NCBI GenBank assembly: GCA_964574415.1
Contig: CAZNNM010000005.1
Coordinates: 130,132 to 194,131, forward strand
Reading direction: 5' to 3'
From: an uncultured Rickettsiales bacterium
Lineage (GTDB): Bacteria; Pseudomonadota; Alphaproteobacteria; Rickettsiales; CAZNNM01
Length of the DNA: 64,000 bases
Shown: in pieces, positions 9,102 through 20,280 of the stretch
Numbering within the stretch: position 1 is the first letter of the stretch
Layout: every line of letters starts with the position of its first letter
Notes under the pieces: generated by a model
What the model was told of the DNA's origin: nothing
Database searches by the model: none
Seen by the model: the letters and a program-made list of their open reading frames with translations, nothing else
Position numbers and translations under genes: made by a program

Positions 9102-9494
9102 CTAGGCCTTGGCGCCTACTTTCCGTAACCAGTCACCCAATTGCTCTTCTGTCACTTCACCGGCTGCAAGCCTATAGAAGACAGCGTATTTTTCCTCTTG
9201 TGAAGCCTGTACAGTATAACCGTTTAGTCGTAAAAACAAACAGCACACCACAAATACAGTCCGTTTATTACCATCCATAAAAGGATGATTGCGTGCTATG
9301 CCATAGGCATAGGCAGCCGCGAGCGCCATTATATCAATACCCGCGCCGCCATAATAATAAGTATTCTTGGGCTTATTAAGTGCGGAATCTAATAAGCCTG
9401 CATCGCGCACACCATCTAAGCCACCATGTTCAGCAAGCTGTCTGCGGTGAATAGCAAGCACAACCTCATCAAGCACCCATATCGGTTCCTGCAT
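9102..9494 (-). CDS. doc: Doc (death-on-curing) family Fic-fold toxin
   Basis: The HPFMDGNKRT motif matches the Doc-type Fic motif HxFxDGNKR. The gene is 130 aa and lies 3 nt downstream of a small antitoxin gene. Confidence 0.85.
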   Translation of the reverse strand: MQEPIWVLDEVVLAIHRRQLAEHGGLDGVRDAGLLDSALNKPKNTYYYGGAGIDIMALAAAYAYGIARNHPFMDGNKRTVFVVCCLFLRLNGYTVQASQEEKYAVFYRLAAGEVTEEQLGDWLRKVGAKA

Positions 9495-9497
9495 GGT

Positions 9498-9722
9498 CTA
9501 TTCTGCCAACTTCTTCAATACATCACGATTATCATGCATAATCTGCTCTGCCATATCCATTTGTGATGCGAATTCAGGATTATAGGCTGTGAACTCTATA
9601 CCATTTGGAGTTTCCACAGCATATAACGCATCCCCCTTTTCAACACGCAATTTTGCAAGCACTTCTCTGGGTAAAATCACCCCTAAAGAATTACCAATCG
9701 CCGTCACTTTAATTAATGCCAT
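9498..9722 (-). CDS. AbrB/MazE/SpoVT-family antitoxin
   Basis: 74 aa. N-terminal IKVTAIGNSLGVILPREVLAKLRVEKGD is a looped-hinge-helix (SpoVT-AbrB) signature. Operon partner of doc. Confidence 0.8.
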   Translation of the reverse strand: MALIKVTAIGNSLGVILPREVLAKLRVEKGDALYAVETPNGIEFTAYNPEFASQMDMAEQIMHDNRDVLKKLAE

Positions 9723-9745
9723 AGCTTACCTCCACTTTATTTAAG

Positions 9746-9761
9746 TATAACATATGTTATA
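9746..9761. promoter_or_regulatory. perfect 16-bp palindrome, candidate TA operator
   Basis: tataacatatgttata lies 24 nt upstream of the antitoxin start codon. Confidence 0.5.
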
Positions 9762-9787
9762 ACAAAAGTAAAGCACTATATAACAAC

Positions 9788-9812
9788 AAAAAAGCGGCCA
9801 AAAAGCCGCTTT
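9788..9812 (-). terminator. rho-independent terminator downstream of mreC
   Basis: gcggc/gccgc stem with flanking A-run and T-run. On the minus strand the hairpin is followed by TTTTTT. Confidence 0.6.
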
Positions 9813-9838
9813 TCCACCCTTTTCCTGCATACAGGATC

Positions 9839-10654
9839 CTATTTCACAATACTCACAAACTCCAACCGGTTCCATTCCACAAACGGTTTCACGGTAATTT
9901 TATCCTTTTCAATCGTCTGAATCGTACCAATTGGCAGACCTGGAGGGAAGTAGCCACCGTCACCGGAGGTAATGACCACCTCGCCTAGCACCGTGGAGTT
10001 ATCGGTTGGGATATAGTGTAACTCTGGTGCATCAGTATTGCTACCGCCTAAGATACCACGATAACGTGATGTGCTGGTCATAATAGGGATCCGGGAGTTC
10101 AAGTCTGTCACCAGCAGGATACGGGCGCTATGTTCGCCCACTTCAATAATACGGCCCACTAAACCCACCGCATTCACCACCGCCTGGCCTTTTTTCACAC
10201 CATCGGTAGAACCTGCATCAATGCTCACCGAATGCAAATACGGGCTGCGGCTATCAGCCACAACACGAGCTGTAATATAGGATGTCTCTTGCGCACCTAC
10301 GAAATTGAGCAATTCGCGCAGATGGATATTCTCCAAATTAGCCTGCTGAGCAGCCAGCAATTGTTTGCGCAATTGGGTATTTTCAGAGCGTAACGCTGCA
10401 TTTTCATGACGGATATAGAAGATTTCATTGGTGGATTTGCCCATTTGGATCACCGAATGGATCGGGCGCGCCACCACATCCACCACGGGCATCACCGCAT
10501 CGACGATATTGTTGCGGATCGTATCAGTCACCATCGGATTCATACGTCCCGCCACAAGCAGCATCACCGATGCAATCAGCAACGCCACCGCCGAAAGGCG
10601 CTGCATTGTCAGCTTGAAAGGTATAGCAAGATGGAGGGCGCGATGTCTAGCCAT
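9839..10654 (-). CDS. mreC: rod shape-determining protein MreC
   Basis: N-terminal TM segment, coiled-coil LRSENTQLRKQLLAAQQ, then beta-rich domains (GLVGRIIEVGEHSARILLVTD). Lies downstream of mreB. Confidence 0.85.
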   Translation of the reverse strand: MARHRALHLAIPFKLTMQRLSAVALLIASVMLLVAGRMNPMVTDTIRNNIVDAVMPVVDVVARPIHSVIQMGKSTNEIFYIRHENAALRSENTQLRKQLLAAQQANLENIHLRELLNFVGAQETSYITARVVADSRSPYLHSVSIDAGSTDGVKKGQAVVNAVGLVGRIIEVGEHSARILLVTDLNSRIPIMTSTSRYRGILGGSNTDAPELHYIPTDNSTVLGEVVITSGDGGYFPPGLPIGTIQTIEKDKITVKPFVEWNRLEFVSIVK

Positions 10655-10737
10655 GTAGAAAGTCCATTAACAGGTGTTGCACTATCTTTTCTAGGATAGT
10701 ACACACCTGTTAATATAGTATTAATAATTAAGAAGAA

Positions 10738-11799
<1,062 letters not shown>

Positions 11800-12020
11800 T
11801 CAGAAGTTAAACAATGTGCGTAAAAATAGCACTCTATATAATGTTTATACTATGTTTCCGTATAAGTAAATCTCTCTCTTATAAGAGGATTCAGCTTTTG
11901 TGTTGGATTGTCACAGATAACACATTTTCAGTTGTGAGCAACGCGAACACCTTGTCGATTCAGGCTCCATTGTGATAGCAACGAAATATATAAGAATAAC
12001 GCTGGAAGCACCAGTCACGA

Positions 12021-12108
12021 TGGATTCCGGATCACATCCGGAATGACAAAGCGTTCGCTAATCGCTCACAATCATTGTGCTGGATTCTAGCCCTCCGCCG
12101 GAATGACA
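12021..12108. repeat. nested-hairpin intergenic repeat units
   Basis: tggattccggatcacatccggaatgaca (12021-12048), then a unit at 12051-12108 that aligns with 23477-23532. Confidence 0.8.
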
Positions 12109-12195
12109 TAAAGTCACCAAACTACATCTTGTGTTTATATCGAGAGAATAGTAAAATATACAGTAACGAGCGGTTGATAATTGAGGTGGATTGCT

Positions 12196-12735
12196 ATGAG
12201 TGACGACAATTCTTTAGAGGATAATAAACCCGGCGGTGAATTAGAAGATGATTCCCTCTCCTCCGCGAAACCTAAGGGTAAGCGAGCATTACTGCTGATT
12301 GTTGTTGCGCTGTTGATCTTGATTGCCATACCTGTCGGCCTGTATCTCAGCGGCGGCCTTCCCGGCATGAGCAAGAAAGCCGAAGAGCATAAAGAAGAAG
12401 CCGCTCCGAAAGAAGAAACCAAAGCAGCCCCACCTGCTTTCTTAGAATTACAAGAATTCCTGGTCAACCTAGATAGCGGCACCCGCCAGCCAAGCTTCCT
12501 TAAAATGACTGTCACCCTGGAACTGGCAAACGAAGAAGATAAAATAGCGATCGAGCCTTACGTACCGCGTATTCGCGATGCATTCCAAGTCTACTTACGC
12601 GAATTGCGTGCGGAAGATTTACGCGGCTCGGCTGCTATCTATCGCTTACGGGAAGAATTATTGTTACGCGTGACACAGAGTGTATATCCCCTGCAAGTGA
12701 AGGATATCCTCTTTAAAGAGATATTGGTACAGTAG
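12196..12735 (+). CDS. fliL: flagellar basal-body-associated protein FliL
   Basis: Single TM segment LLLIVVALLILIAIPVGLYL, then FLELQEFLVNL...FLKMTVTLEL. GAGGTGG Shine-Dalgarno before the ATG at 12196. Lies upstream of fliM. Confidence 0.8.
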   Translation: MSDDNSLEDNKPGGELEDDSLSSAKPKGKRALLLIVVALLILIAIPVGLYLSGGLPGMSKKAEEHKEEAAPKEETKAAPPAFLELQEFLVNLDSGTRQPSFLKMTVTLELANEEDKIAIEPYVPRIRDAFQVYLRELRAEDLRGSAAIYRLREELLLRVTQSVYPLQVKDILFKEILVQ

Positions 12736-12736
12736 T

Positions 12737-13801
12737 ATGAGCAAAGAGGTCGATTCGACACAAGATGATGACGCCGCAGCGGCAGCCGCCTGGGAGCAAT
12801 CCCTACAACAAGGTGGCGGCGATGGTACTACAGCTGAGCCGTTAAGCCAGGATGAGATTGATAACCTGCTTGGCTTTAGCGAAGACGCCAAAAAGAATCC
12901 GGCTCAAACAGGCATCCATGCCCTGCTCGATAACTCCCTGTTAAGCTATGACCGCCTGCCCATGCTCGAAGTGGTATTCGACCGTTTCGTGCGCATGGCG
13001 TCCACCAGCTTGCGGAACTTCACTTCAGATAACGTGGATGTAGATATTAAATCCATCAGCTCTTTACGTTTTGGTGATTACATCAACTCCATCCCTATGC
13101 CTGCATTGCTCTCCATCTTTAAAGCCGTAGAATGGGATAATTTTGGCATTCTGACCACCGATAGCTCGTTGATTTATTCGGTTGTTGATGTACTCTTCGG
13201 TGGCCGTAAATCCACCCGTCCGATCCGTGTTGACGGCCGGCCTTATACCACTATCGAACAAACCGTCGTCCGCCATTTTAGCGAAATTATCCTCAACGAT
13301 ATGGCCGCTGCGTTTGATCCTTTAAGCCCAACCACCTTCGAGATGGAACGCCTGGAAACCAACCCACGCTTCGCCACCATCTCCCATCCAGCCGATGGGG
13401 CAATTTTGCTGCAATTGCGTGTAGATATGGAAGACCGTGGCGGTAATATTGAGATTCTGATCCCGTATAGCACACTCGAACCCATCCGCGAACTGCTTAC
13501 CCAAGTATTCATGGGTGAAAAATTCGGTAAAGACGTCGCCTGGGAAAATCATATGGGCAAAGAGCTGCAAAATACCTTTGTGGAAGTTGAAGCCGTGCTG
13601 GGGAAAAAAGCCACCTATATGTCCGATATTATGAAATTAAAAGTCGGCAGCACTATTATGCTTGATAATGAACCCGATGATGAAGTAATACTACGTTGCA
13701 GGGGAATCCCGGTATTATCGGGCAATATGGGACGTAGTGAAGACAATATCGCGGTGCAAGTCACCAATGTCATCACTAAGAAAATGCGGGAATTACTGTA
13801 A
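12737..13801 (+). CDS. fliM: flagellar motor switch protein FliM
   Basis: N-terminal CheY-P binding motif LSQDEIDNLLG, a central FliM domain and a C-terminal SpoA-like segment LKVGSTIMLD. Confidence 0.9.
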   Translation: MSKEVDSTQDDDAAAAAAWEQSLQQGGGDGTTAEPLSQDEIDNLLGFSEDAKKNPAQTGIHALLDNSLLSYDRLPMLEVVFDRFVRMASTSLRNFTSDNVDVDIKSISSLRFGDYINSIPMPALLSIFKAVEWDNFGILTTDSSLIYSVVDVLFGGRKSTRPIRVDGRPYTTIEQTVVRHFSEIILNDMAAAFDPLSPTTFEMERLETNPRFATISHPADGAILLQLRVDMEDRGGNIEILIPYSTLEPIRELLTQVFMGEKFGKDVAWENHMGKELQNTFVEVEAVLGKKATYMSDIMKLKVGSTIMLDNEPDDEVILRCRGIPVLSGNMGRSEDNIAVQVTNVITKKMRELL

Positions 13802-14430
13802 TGGTCTTTTTAGACTACCTCATCGCGGGTTTGTTAGTAGTGACGATCATTTACTGCTGGCAATTAAACCGGAAAATCATAGCACTCCAGCATAGCAAAA
13901 AAGAAATGCTGGCAACCATTCGTCAATTCGATAATTCTATTTTGCGCGCGGAAGATACGCTCCGCCAATTCCGCCATAACAGCGCATCACTGGGCGCTGA
14001 TTTGCAAGAAAAAACCAAGAAAGCTGCCTTCTTAGCCGATGATCTCAACTTCCTCATACAACGCAGCGCATCAATTGCCGATAAAATGGAAGCTGGCATT
14101 GCTGCATCGCGCGCGCCTGCACAGCCTATGATACACAAACCTGCCGTACCACCACGCCCTGCTCATTCCTCTGCTCCACGCGCTAGCTTGCGTACGGATA
14201 CACCCGCATCTTCTACTCCCGAAAAGCGCTCAACCATTGATATGCTTTTGGAAAAACTCTCCGGCATCGGCAGCGCTCCTGAGCCTAAAGCGCCTAAACC
14301 TATGGCGCGTGAACGGCAGATTGCTTATCATTCACCTGAATCTCTCGGCGTAATGCCCGATCTCTCACGCGGCGAGAACCGTGGCGAAGATGAGTTATTA
14401 CGCATGTTAGAAGATGCACGTAGGCACTAG
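13801..14430 (+). CDS. hypothetical membrane-anchored coiled-coil protein of the flagellar cluster
   Basis: The ATG overlaps the fliM stop (taATGg). One N-terminal TM segment, then a helical and Pro/Ala-rich tail. No family recognised with confidence. Confidence 0.55.
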   Translation: MVFLDYLIAGLLVVTIIYCWQLNRKIIALQHSKKEMLATIRQFDNSILRAEDTLRQFRHNSASLGADLQEKTKKAAFLADDLNFLIQRSASIADKMEAGIAASRAPAQPMIHKPAVPPRPAHSSAPRASLRTDTPASSTPEKRSTIDMLLEKLSGIGSAPEPKAPKPMARERQIAYHSPESLGVMPDLSRGENRGEDELLRMLEDARRH

Positions 14431-14438
14431 GAGGATCG

Positions 14439-15182
14439 GTGATGAGATTGCGGTTACTGCCTTTCCTTTTCCTCGCTCTTATCGCCATTGGCGCGCAAAA
14501 AATCGGCGAGCTGATTTATAATGATCATTCTGGCCTGCATCATTTCTCCCTCATCAGCGAATTAAGCGCGCAACAGCCTGAAAATGACGGCACGGCAGAA
14601 CCCACTGCCTCTACCGAAGAAACACCTCCAGCAGAAGCTGTACCCGATGGCGAAAAAGTGGAACCTGCAGCCGATGCTGCCGCGCCCGCAACCGATGCCG
14701 CCGCAACCAGACCGCCTGCTATTCCTGATAATATCTCAAAAAGCCAGTTTTCTGATGCAGAATTAAATGTATTACAAAGCCTTTCGCGCCGCCGCGAAGC
14801 GCTGGATATGCGCGAGAAGGAAATTGGCCTGCGTGAAGAAGTACTCAAAGCCGCTGAAAAGCAGGTGCAAGAACGCATCGACACACTCAAAGGTCTACAA
14901 AAACAAGTGGATGAATTGCTGGTGCAATATAACGAAAAACAAAACGACAAAATACGCAGCCTGGTCAAAATCTACGAAAATATGAAACCTAAAGCCGCTG
15001 CGCAGATTTTTGAGAAAATGGATATGCCGGTATTGCTGGATGTCGTATCACATATGAAAGAAGCCAAAACATCGCCCATCCTAGCCAGCATGGATCCCCT
15101 CAAAGCCAAGGATCTCACCACAGCACTGGCCAAACGCAAAACCTTGCCACCAGTGGATAGCCTGACACCTGCGGAGCAATAA
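14439..15182 (+). CDS. MotE/FlbB-like flagellar accessory protein
   Basis: Signal/TM segment, acidic Pro/Ala linker, coiled coil. C-terminal IRSLVKIYENMKPKAAAQIFEKMDMPVLLDVVSHM resembles the MgtE-N-like region of MotE proteins. Confidence 0.5.
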   Translation: MMRLRLLPFLFLALIAIGAQKIGELIYNDHSGLHHFSLISELSAQQPENDGTAEPTASTEETPPAEAVPDGEKVEPAADAAAPATDAAATRPPAIPDNISKSQFSDAELNVLQSLSRRREALDMREKEIGLREEVLKAAEKQVQERIDTLKGLQKQVDELLVQYNEKQNDKIRSLVKIYENMKPKAAAQIFEKMDMPVLLDVVSHMKEAKTSPILASMDPLKAKDLTTALAKRKTLPPVDSLTPAEQ

Positions 15183-15236
15183 AATAGTATCTTTGCTTGA
15201 GGTTGCGGCTGACGCTCGCGATGATGAAGGATGCTG

Positions 15237-15324
15237 TGTCATACGCCGACTTGATCGGCGTATCCATCCTTAAACTATAGCTTTATATTTTAGATGGATT
15301 CACCGATCAAGTCGGTGAATGACA
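15237..15324. repeat. MITE-like nested-hairpin repeat
   Basis: tgtcatacgccgacttgatcggcgtatccatcc ... agatggattcaccgatcaagtcggtgaatgaca. The termini are inverted and each is a hairpin. Confidence 0.85.
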
Positions 15325-15358
15325 GCATCATAATATGAGTAGATGACAAAGAAAAAGC

Positions 15359-16066
15359 CTACCCCACATTCACACACCGGATAAACACCGGTTCCCGCCC
15401 TTCAGCGCGGGTTTTTTCTTCATAACGGGTAGTTGTCCACCCCTCTGGTGGCGTGCGCCAATCGTTTTGGGAGCTGGCATTCCAGGTAAAATACGGACTA
15501 TCCAGCACATGCGCCAACATCCATTCGGAATAGTCAATATGATCCGTTGCCAACACCAATTCCCCGCCAGGCACCAGTTTTGTTGAGAGCAATTGCAGCA
15601 TCTCATGCGATACAATCCTTCGCTTCTGATGGCGGATTTTTGGCCAGGGATCAGGGAAGAGAATGAATACACGATGCAGGCTGTGATCTTTAATCGCCTT
15701 CAGCACCATCCGCGCATCATCACGCCACACGGCAACATTCTGAAGCTCCTGCGCTTCAACCGCCGCCAATAATTTGACCACACCATTAATATATGGCTCA
15801 CAACCGATAATCCCAATATCAGGATGCAACGCCGCTTGCTTGGCCAGGAACTCCCCACCGCCAAACCCAATCTCCATCCAAACTTCTTTAGGCTTCGTTG
15901 GAAAGAACGTTTCAGGCGCAATGTTCTCGCCCTGTAACGTCACCTCCACCTGTGGCATGACATTGGCTAGCAATGCCTTCTGCAATGGCCGCAAGGTTCT
16001 GCCTTGGCGACGGCCAAAGGAGAGGAGAAAATCAGGGATGATATGATTTGTAGTGCGAGAGGTCAT
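15359..16066 (-). CDS. trmB: tRNA (guanine46-N7)-methyltransferase
   Basis: EIGFGGGEFLA SAM motif and FPDPWPKIRHQKRR. Confidence 0.9.
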   Translation of the reverse strand: MTSRTTNHIIPDFLLSFGRRQGRTLRPLQKALLANVMPQVEVTLQGENIAPETFFPTKPKEVWMEIGFGGGEFLAKQAALHPDIGIIGCEPYINGVVKLLAAVEAQELQNVAVWRDDARMVLKAIKDHSLHRVFILFPDPWPKIRHQKRRIVSHEMLQLLSTKLVPGGELVLATDHIDYSEWMLAHVLDSPYFTWNASSQNDWRTPPEGWTTTRYEEKTRAEGREPVFIRCVNVG

Positions 16067-16084
16067 GATGTTTAGTGTATGCCT

Positions 16085-17296
16085 CTACACCCTCGCCTTA
16101 ATCGCATCTACCAAATCCACCTTCTCCCACGAGAAGCCGCCATCGGCCTCTGGCTCGCGGCCGAAATGGCCGAAAGTGGCGGTTTTGCGGTAGATAGGGC
16201 GGTTAAGCTGTAAATGCTCACGAATGCCACGCGGTGACAAATCCATCAATTCCTGCAACACCAGCGCCAGCTGTTCTTCCTTCTCCGGCCGTTGACCATG
16301 TGTGCTCACATAGAGCGCTAAGGGGCGCGATACGCCAATCGCATAAGCGATCTGAATCGTACATTGGCTCGATACACCCGCAGCCACCACATTCTTGGCC
16401 AAATAACGTGCTGCATAGGCCGCCGAGCGATCCACTTTCGTCGGGTCTTTCCCTGAGAACGCACCACCACCATGCGGTGCTGCACCGCCATAGCTATCCA
16501 CAATAATCTTACGCCCTGTCAAACCACAGTCACTATCTGGCCCACCAATCACGAATTTTCCGGTTGGATTCACCAGAAAATGCGCCTCATCACACATCCA
16601 GCCTTCCGGCAATGCGGCCACCACATAAGGGCGGATCAATTCACGCACATCCTGTTGCGATAGGCCATCCTTATGCTGGCTGGACACCAACACCGATGCC
16701 GCACGCACCGGCACACCGTTTTCATACAGCAATGTCACCTGGCTCTTGGCATCCGGCCCCAATTGCGCAAGCTTGCCGGATGTGCGGCCCTCATAGATAT
16801 TCTTTAAAATCTTATGCGCATAGACAATCGGCGCAGGCATATAGACATCGGTTTCATCACAAGCATAACCAAACATAATCCCTTGGTCACCTGCACCTTC
16901 TTCTTTCTTATCGGTCGCATCCACCCCTTGGGCAATATCAGGTGATTGTTGGTGCAGAAGCACCTCAACATCCGCATGTTTCCAGTGGAAGCCGCTTTGC
17001 TCATAACCAATATCCCGCACCACATTGCGCGCAATCTCTTCCACACGCCCTAAAATCGATTCCGGCCCGCGCACTTCACCTGCGATAATGATTTTATTGG
17101 TAGTCACCACCGTCTCAGCCGCCACCCGTGCATAAGGGTCTTCGCGCAAATACGCATCCACAATCGCATCGGAAATTTGATCGCAGATTTTATCGGGATG
17201 CCCATCGGATACCGATTCGCTGGTAAAGAGATAACTGGCGCGATTACGCAAAGAAGAGAGATTCACGGTCTTCAACCCTATATTAAAATTTTCCAC
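16085..17296 (-). CDS. metK: S-adenosylmethionine synthetase
   Basis: [34 protein letters not shown] and [19 protein letters not shown]. Confidence 0.95.
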   Translation of the reverse strand: MENFNIGLKTVNLSSLRNRASYLFTSESVSDGHPDKICDQISDAIVDAYLREDPYARVAAETVVTTNKIIIAGEVRGPESILGRVEEIARNVVRDIGYEQSGFHWKHADVEVLLHQQSPDIAQGVDATDKKEEGAGDQGIMFGYACDETDVYMPAPIVYAHKILKNIYEGRTSGKLAQLGPDAKSQVTLLYENGVPVRAASVLVSSQHKDGLSQQDVRELIRPYVVAALPEGWMCDEAHFLVNPTGKFVIGGPDSDCGLTGRKIIVDSYGGAAPHGGGAFSGKDPTKVDRSAAYAARYLAKNVVAAGVSSQCTIQIAYAIGVSRPLALYVSTHGQRPEKEEQLALVLQELMDLSPRGIREHLQLNRPIYRKTATFGHFGREPEADGGFSWEKVDLVDAIKARV

Positions 17297-17335
17297 ACCA
17301 TAGCATGGTGTCTGGATTTATCCAGATTTTTTTCG

Positions 17336-18205
17336 CTATAGTAGCCAGTCTTTTATAGCTCTAATTTGTGTAGTTTCCATTAACGCCGGCGCATGACCAA
17401 TACCCGGAAACTCTACGAAATCAATATTCGACCCCTTACTTTGCACCATTTTATCAGCCGTTTCGCGGGTTAAAATATCCGATGTTTCCCCGCGCACCAG
17501 CAATAATGGCACTTTCACTTGCTCCCAAATCGGCCATAAATCCACATCATCCACCGTCCCATCGTCCTTAGGAGCAGCAAAAGCTTTCACAATATCAGCA
17601 TCATAAGCCAATCTGAGGGTGCCATCATCTTGAATCATCGCGCTATGTTCTACAATATGATGCCAATGCGTATCATCATTAATCCCAAACGGCGCCAGCA
17701 CAGTACGCAAATGGTTCTCCACCTCTTTAAGCGTTGAGAACCTTGGTTGGATACTGACATATTTCTGAATACGCTGCAGCGCCTTGCCTGAAAGATATGG
17801 CCCCACATCATTCATCACCATACGCTGAATAAACCCAGGCGCAGAGGCTGAAAGCACCATCCCAATCAGCCCACCCATCGATGTACCAAGCCAATCGGCT
17901 TGCTTGATCTCCAGAGACTGCATCAATGACTGTATATCTGCGATATAGGTTGCATAATTATAGCGCGTTTTATCATTCAACCAATCGCTCCGCCCACGGC
18001 CAGGCATGTCGATGGCAATCACGCGGTAATCCGATTGCAGGGATTCTGCAATATAATCAAAATCACGGCTATTACGCGTTAAGCCATGCACGCAGACCAG
18101 TATATCAGGATTTCCACTATCGCCCCATTCTGTATACGCTAACCGGCGGGAACCGCCTGTTGCCTCACGGTCAGAAATCACATGGTCGCGTAGGCGTAGT
18201 GTCAT
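17336..18205 (-). CDS. alpha/beta-fold hydrolase
   Basis: ILVCVHGLTRNSRDF and nucleophile elbow GTSMGG. Confidence 0.8.
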   Translation of the reverse strand: MTLRLRDHVISDREATGGSRRLAYTEWGDSGNPDILVCVHGLTRNSRDFDYIAESLQSDYRVIAIDMPGRGRSDWLNDKTRYNYATYIADIQSLMQSLEIKQADWLGTSMGGLIGMVLSASAPGFIQRMVMNDVGPYLSGKALQRIQKYVSIQPRFSTLKEVENHLRTVLAPFGINDDTHWHHIVEHSAMIQDDGTLRLAYDADIVKAFAAPKDDGTVDDVDLWPIWEQVKVPLLLVRGETSDILTRETADKMVQSKGSNIDFVEFPGIGHAPALMETTQIRAIKDWLL

Positions 18206-18246
18206 AATATCCCTCTTCTCTTTTTTATTCCAGTACCCATTGCTCT

Positions 18247-18276
18247 TGTCATCCTTGGATCAAGCCCAAGGAGACA
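18247..18276. repeat. single hairpin unit of the intergenic repeat family
   Basis: tgtcatccttggatcaagcccaaggagaca. Confidence 0.75.
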
Positions 18277-18288
18277 CTATCGTGAATT

Positions 18289-19545
18289 CTAATAAAAACG
18301 GTCTATGGTTAACCCCGTCAAATCAATGCCTGGTGTTTTGCCTTCGATAATATCGGCTACAATATACGCACTCCCCGCCGCCAGCGTCCAGCCGAGTGAG
18401 CCATGGCCCGTGTTGAGTACTAAATTCCGGTATGGCGTATTGCCCAAAATCGGCATACCATCCGGCACATAAGGCCGCAAACACGCCCAGCGTGTCACTT
18501 CCTGCATATTGCCACAGCCTGGGAAGAATATTTGCGTTGCACGCAGGAGCGGCTCTACCCGGTCTTCCCGCACATCGTAATTATACCCGTTTAATTCCGC
18601 CGTACCTGCTACACGCAAGCGGTTACCCAAACGGCTGTACACAATCTTGAGCGCCTGATCCGTTACCCCTACGCGCGGTGCCGCCGTATCATCTTCAATC
18701 GGAATAGAAATACTATAGCCTTTCACCGGATAAATCGATGTCGGCATATCGAGCTTCTTAAGCCATAATGGGCTATCCGCACCCAGCGCCATCACATAAT
18801 GATCGGCTGTAAACGTGCCATGATTGGTCACCACACCGCTGATTTTATCACCGTCAGTGTGAATGACTTCAATAGAGGTATTATAGGAGAACGTCACATT
18901 CTCCATCGCCTGGCATTCCGCTGCCAAGCCCTGCGTAAAGGCAAAAATATCACCTGTACCATCATAAGGAAAAAACACACCACCGGCGAGCAATTCTGCT
19001 GATTGCTTAAAGGCCGGTTCTTTCGCTACCACCTGCTCACGGTTTAAAAGCTCAAACGGGCATCCTAATTCGGACTGGAATTTCGCATGAGCAAGCGCTG
19101 CATAGAGGCTTTTTTCATCACGGTAAATATGCAAGATACCTTGATCCAAATAATCAAACAGCGATTCGGTTTGCTGCTCCAACTCACGGAATGATTCCCG
19201 CGCATAAAGCGCCAAACGCAACATTGCACGTGTGCCGGCTTCATTGCGTGTATGGGTGCAATGGCGTAAGAACTGCCATCCCCATTTCCACATATCCGGA
19301 TCATAGCGCATACGGAATACCAGCGGTGCATCAGCACGGCCAATCCATTTCAGCAAATTGGGAATCACATGCGGGCTTGCCCACGGTTCGGCATGGCTAT
19401 AGCTCAACTGCCCACCATTGGCAAAACTACACTCACGGCCACTTTCCGGCTGACGATCCAACACCGTCACCTCATAACCGCGACGCGCTAAAACATATGC
19501 AAGCGTGGTGCCAATAACACCAGAACCAAGAATCAGAATCTTCAT
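18289..19545 (-). CDS. dadA: FAD-dependent D-amino-acid dehydrogenase-like oxidoreductase
   Basis: MKILILGSGVIGTTLAYVLARRGYEVTVLDR dinucleotide fold with DAO-family length and motifs. Start moved to the ATG at 19545, since the longer ORF crosses a repeat. Confidence 0.8.
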   Translation of the reverse strand: MKILILGSGVIGTTLAYVLARRGYEVTVLDRQPESGRECSFANGGQLSYSHAEPWASPHVIPNLLKWIGRADAPLVFRMRYDPDMWKWGWQFLRHCTHTRNEAGTRAMLRLALYARESFRELEQQTESLFDYLDQGILHIYRDEKSLYAALAHAKFQSELGCPFELLNREQVVAKEPAFKQSAELLAGGVFFPYDGTGDIFAFTQGLAAECQAMENVTFSYNTSIEVIHTDGDKISGVVTNHGTFTADHYVMALGADSPLWLKKLDMPTSIYPVKGYSISIPIEDDTAAPRVGVTDQALKIVYSRLGNRLRVAGTAELNGYNYDVREDRVEPLLRATQIFFPGCGNMQEVTRWACLRPYVPDGMPILGNTPYRNLVLNTGHGSLGWTLAAGSAYIVADIIEGKTPGIDLTGLTIDRFY

Positions 19546-19614
19546 ATTGTATCGTTTGTGAGAGTTATTAAGGGTAGTATAGCGAGGATTGGAGAGAATG
19601 TCACTGGAAAGGAT

Positions 19615-19674
19615 GCAGGATTCAGCATTCAGGATCCAGAGTTTCTTCTCTGAATCCCGGATCCTGAATCCTGC
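19615..19674. repeat. inverted repeat of GGATCC/GAATCCT-type units
   Basis: gcaggattcagcattcaggatcc ... ggatcctgaatcctgc. Related to 46284-46323. Confidence 0.75.
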
Positions 19675-19758
19675 CCTCTGCACTATAAAAACACTTGCGA
19701 ACTGCCCCCAACACAGGCAGTATACACAATGGTACACTTATAAGTAATCGAGCCCATT

Positions 19759-20280
19759 ATGAGTCTATGGCAGCAAGGTGACGTCTATATACGTTTGCTG
19801 ACACCTAAAATCGTTGCTGTTCTGCTGATCATACTCAGTGTTATTCCACTGCGTATTCCTGGGCTTGCGGAATTTATGCCGTTGTTTAACGTCATGATTA
19901 TTTATTACTGGTCAATCTATCGGCCAGAACTTTTTCCGAATTGGTTTGTCTTTGCCTTAGGTATTTTCCAAGATGCCCTTTATGGCACACCGCTCGGCAG
20001 CACCTCACTCATCAACCTCATCTCCCGCATGGCGATTATTTCGCAGCGTAAAATTTTCGTCCGCGAATCCTTCTTAGTCGTATGGAGCGGGTTTATTTTA
20101 TTCTGCCTGGTGATTAGCCTACTTAACTGGGCCATCTTCTCGTTATTCCGCGAACATTTCATGTCAATTCCGATGGTATTGATGCAATGGGTGTTATCGG
20201 TGGTGCTGTATAGCTGCGTACATGGCGTATTCAGTGGTATATTGATGATTCTTCCGGATAGGCAATCCCATGGCGCGTAA
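19759..20280 (+). CDS. mreD: rod shape-determining protein MreD
   Basis: 173 aa, polytopic. YYWSIYRPELFP...GIFQDALYGTPLG pattern. Lies immediately upstream of and overlapping mrdA. Confidence 0.75.
   Translation: MSLWQQGDVYIRLLTPKIVAVLLIILSVIPLRIPGLAEFMPLFNVMIIYYWSIYRPELFPNWFVFALGIFQDALYGTPLGSTSLINLISRMAIISQRKIFVRESFLVVWSGFILFCLVISLLNWAIFSLFREHFMSIPMVLMQWVLSVVLYSCVHGVFSGILMILPDRQSHGA

Noticed and set aside
12135-12515. 126-aa minus-strand ORF overlapping fliL, and many other 60-160-aa antisense ORFs in the track (for example inside clpB, cheA, ctpA, tolQ, uvrC)
   Set aside because: All are nested in or antisense to strongly supported genes and show Arg/Ser/Cys-rich mirror-frame composition.
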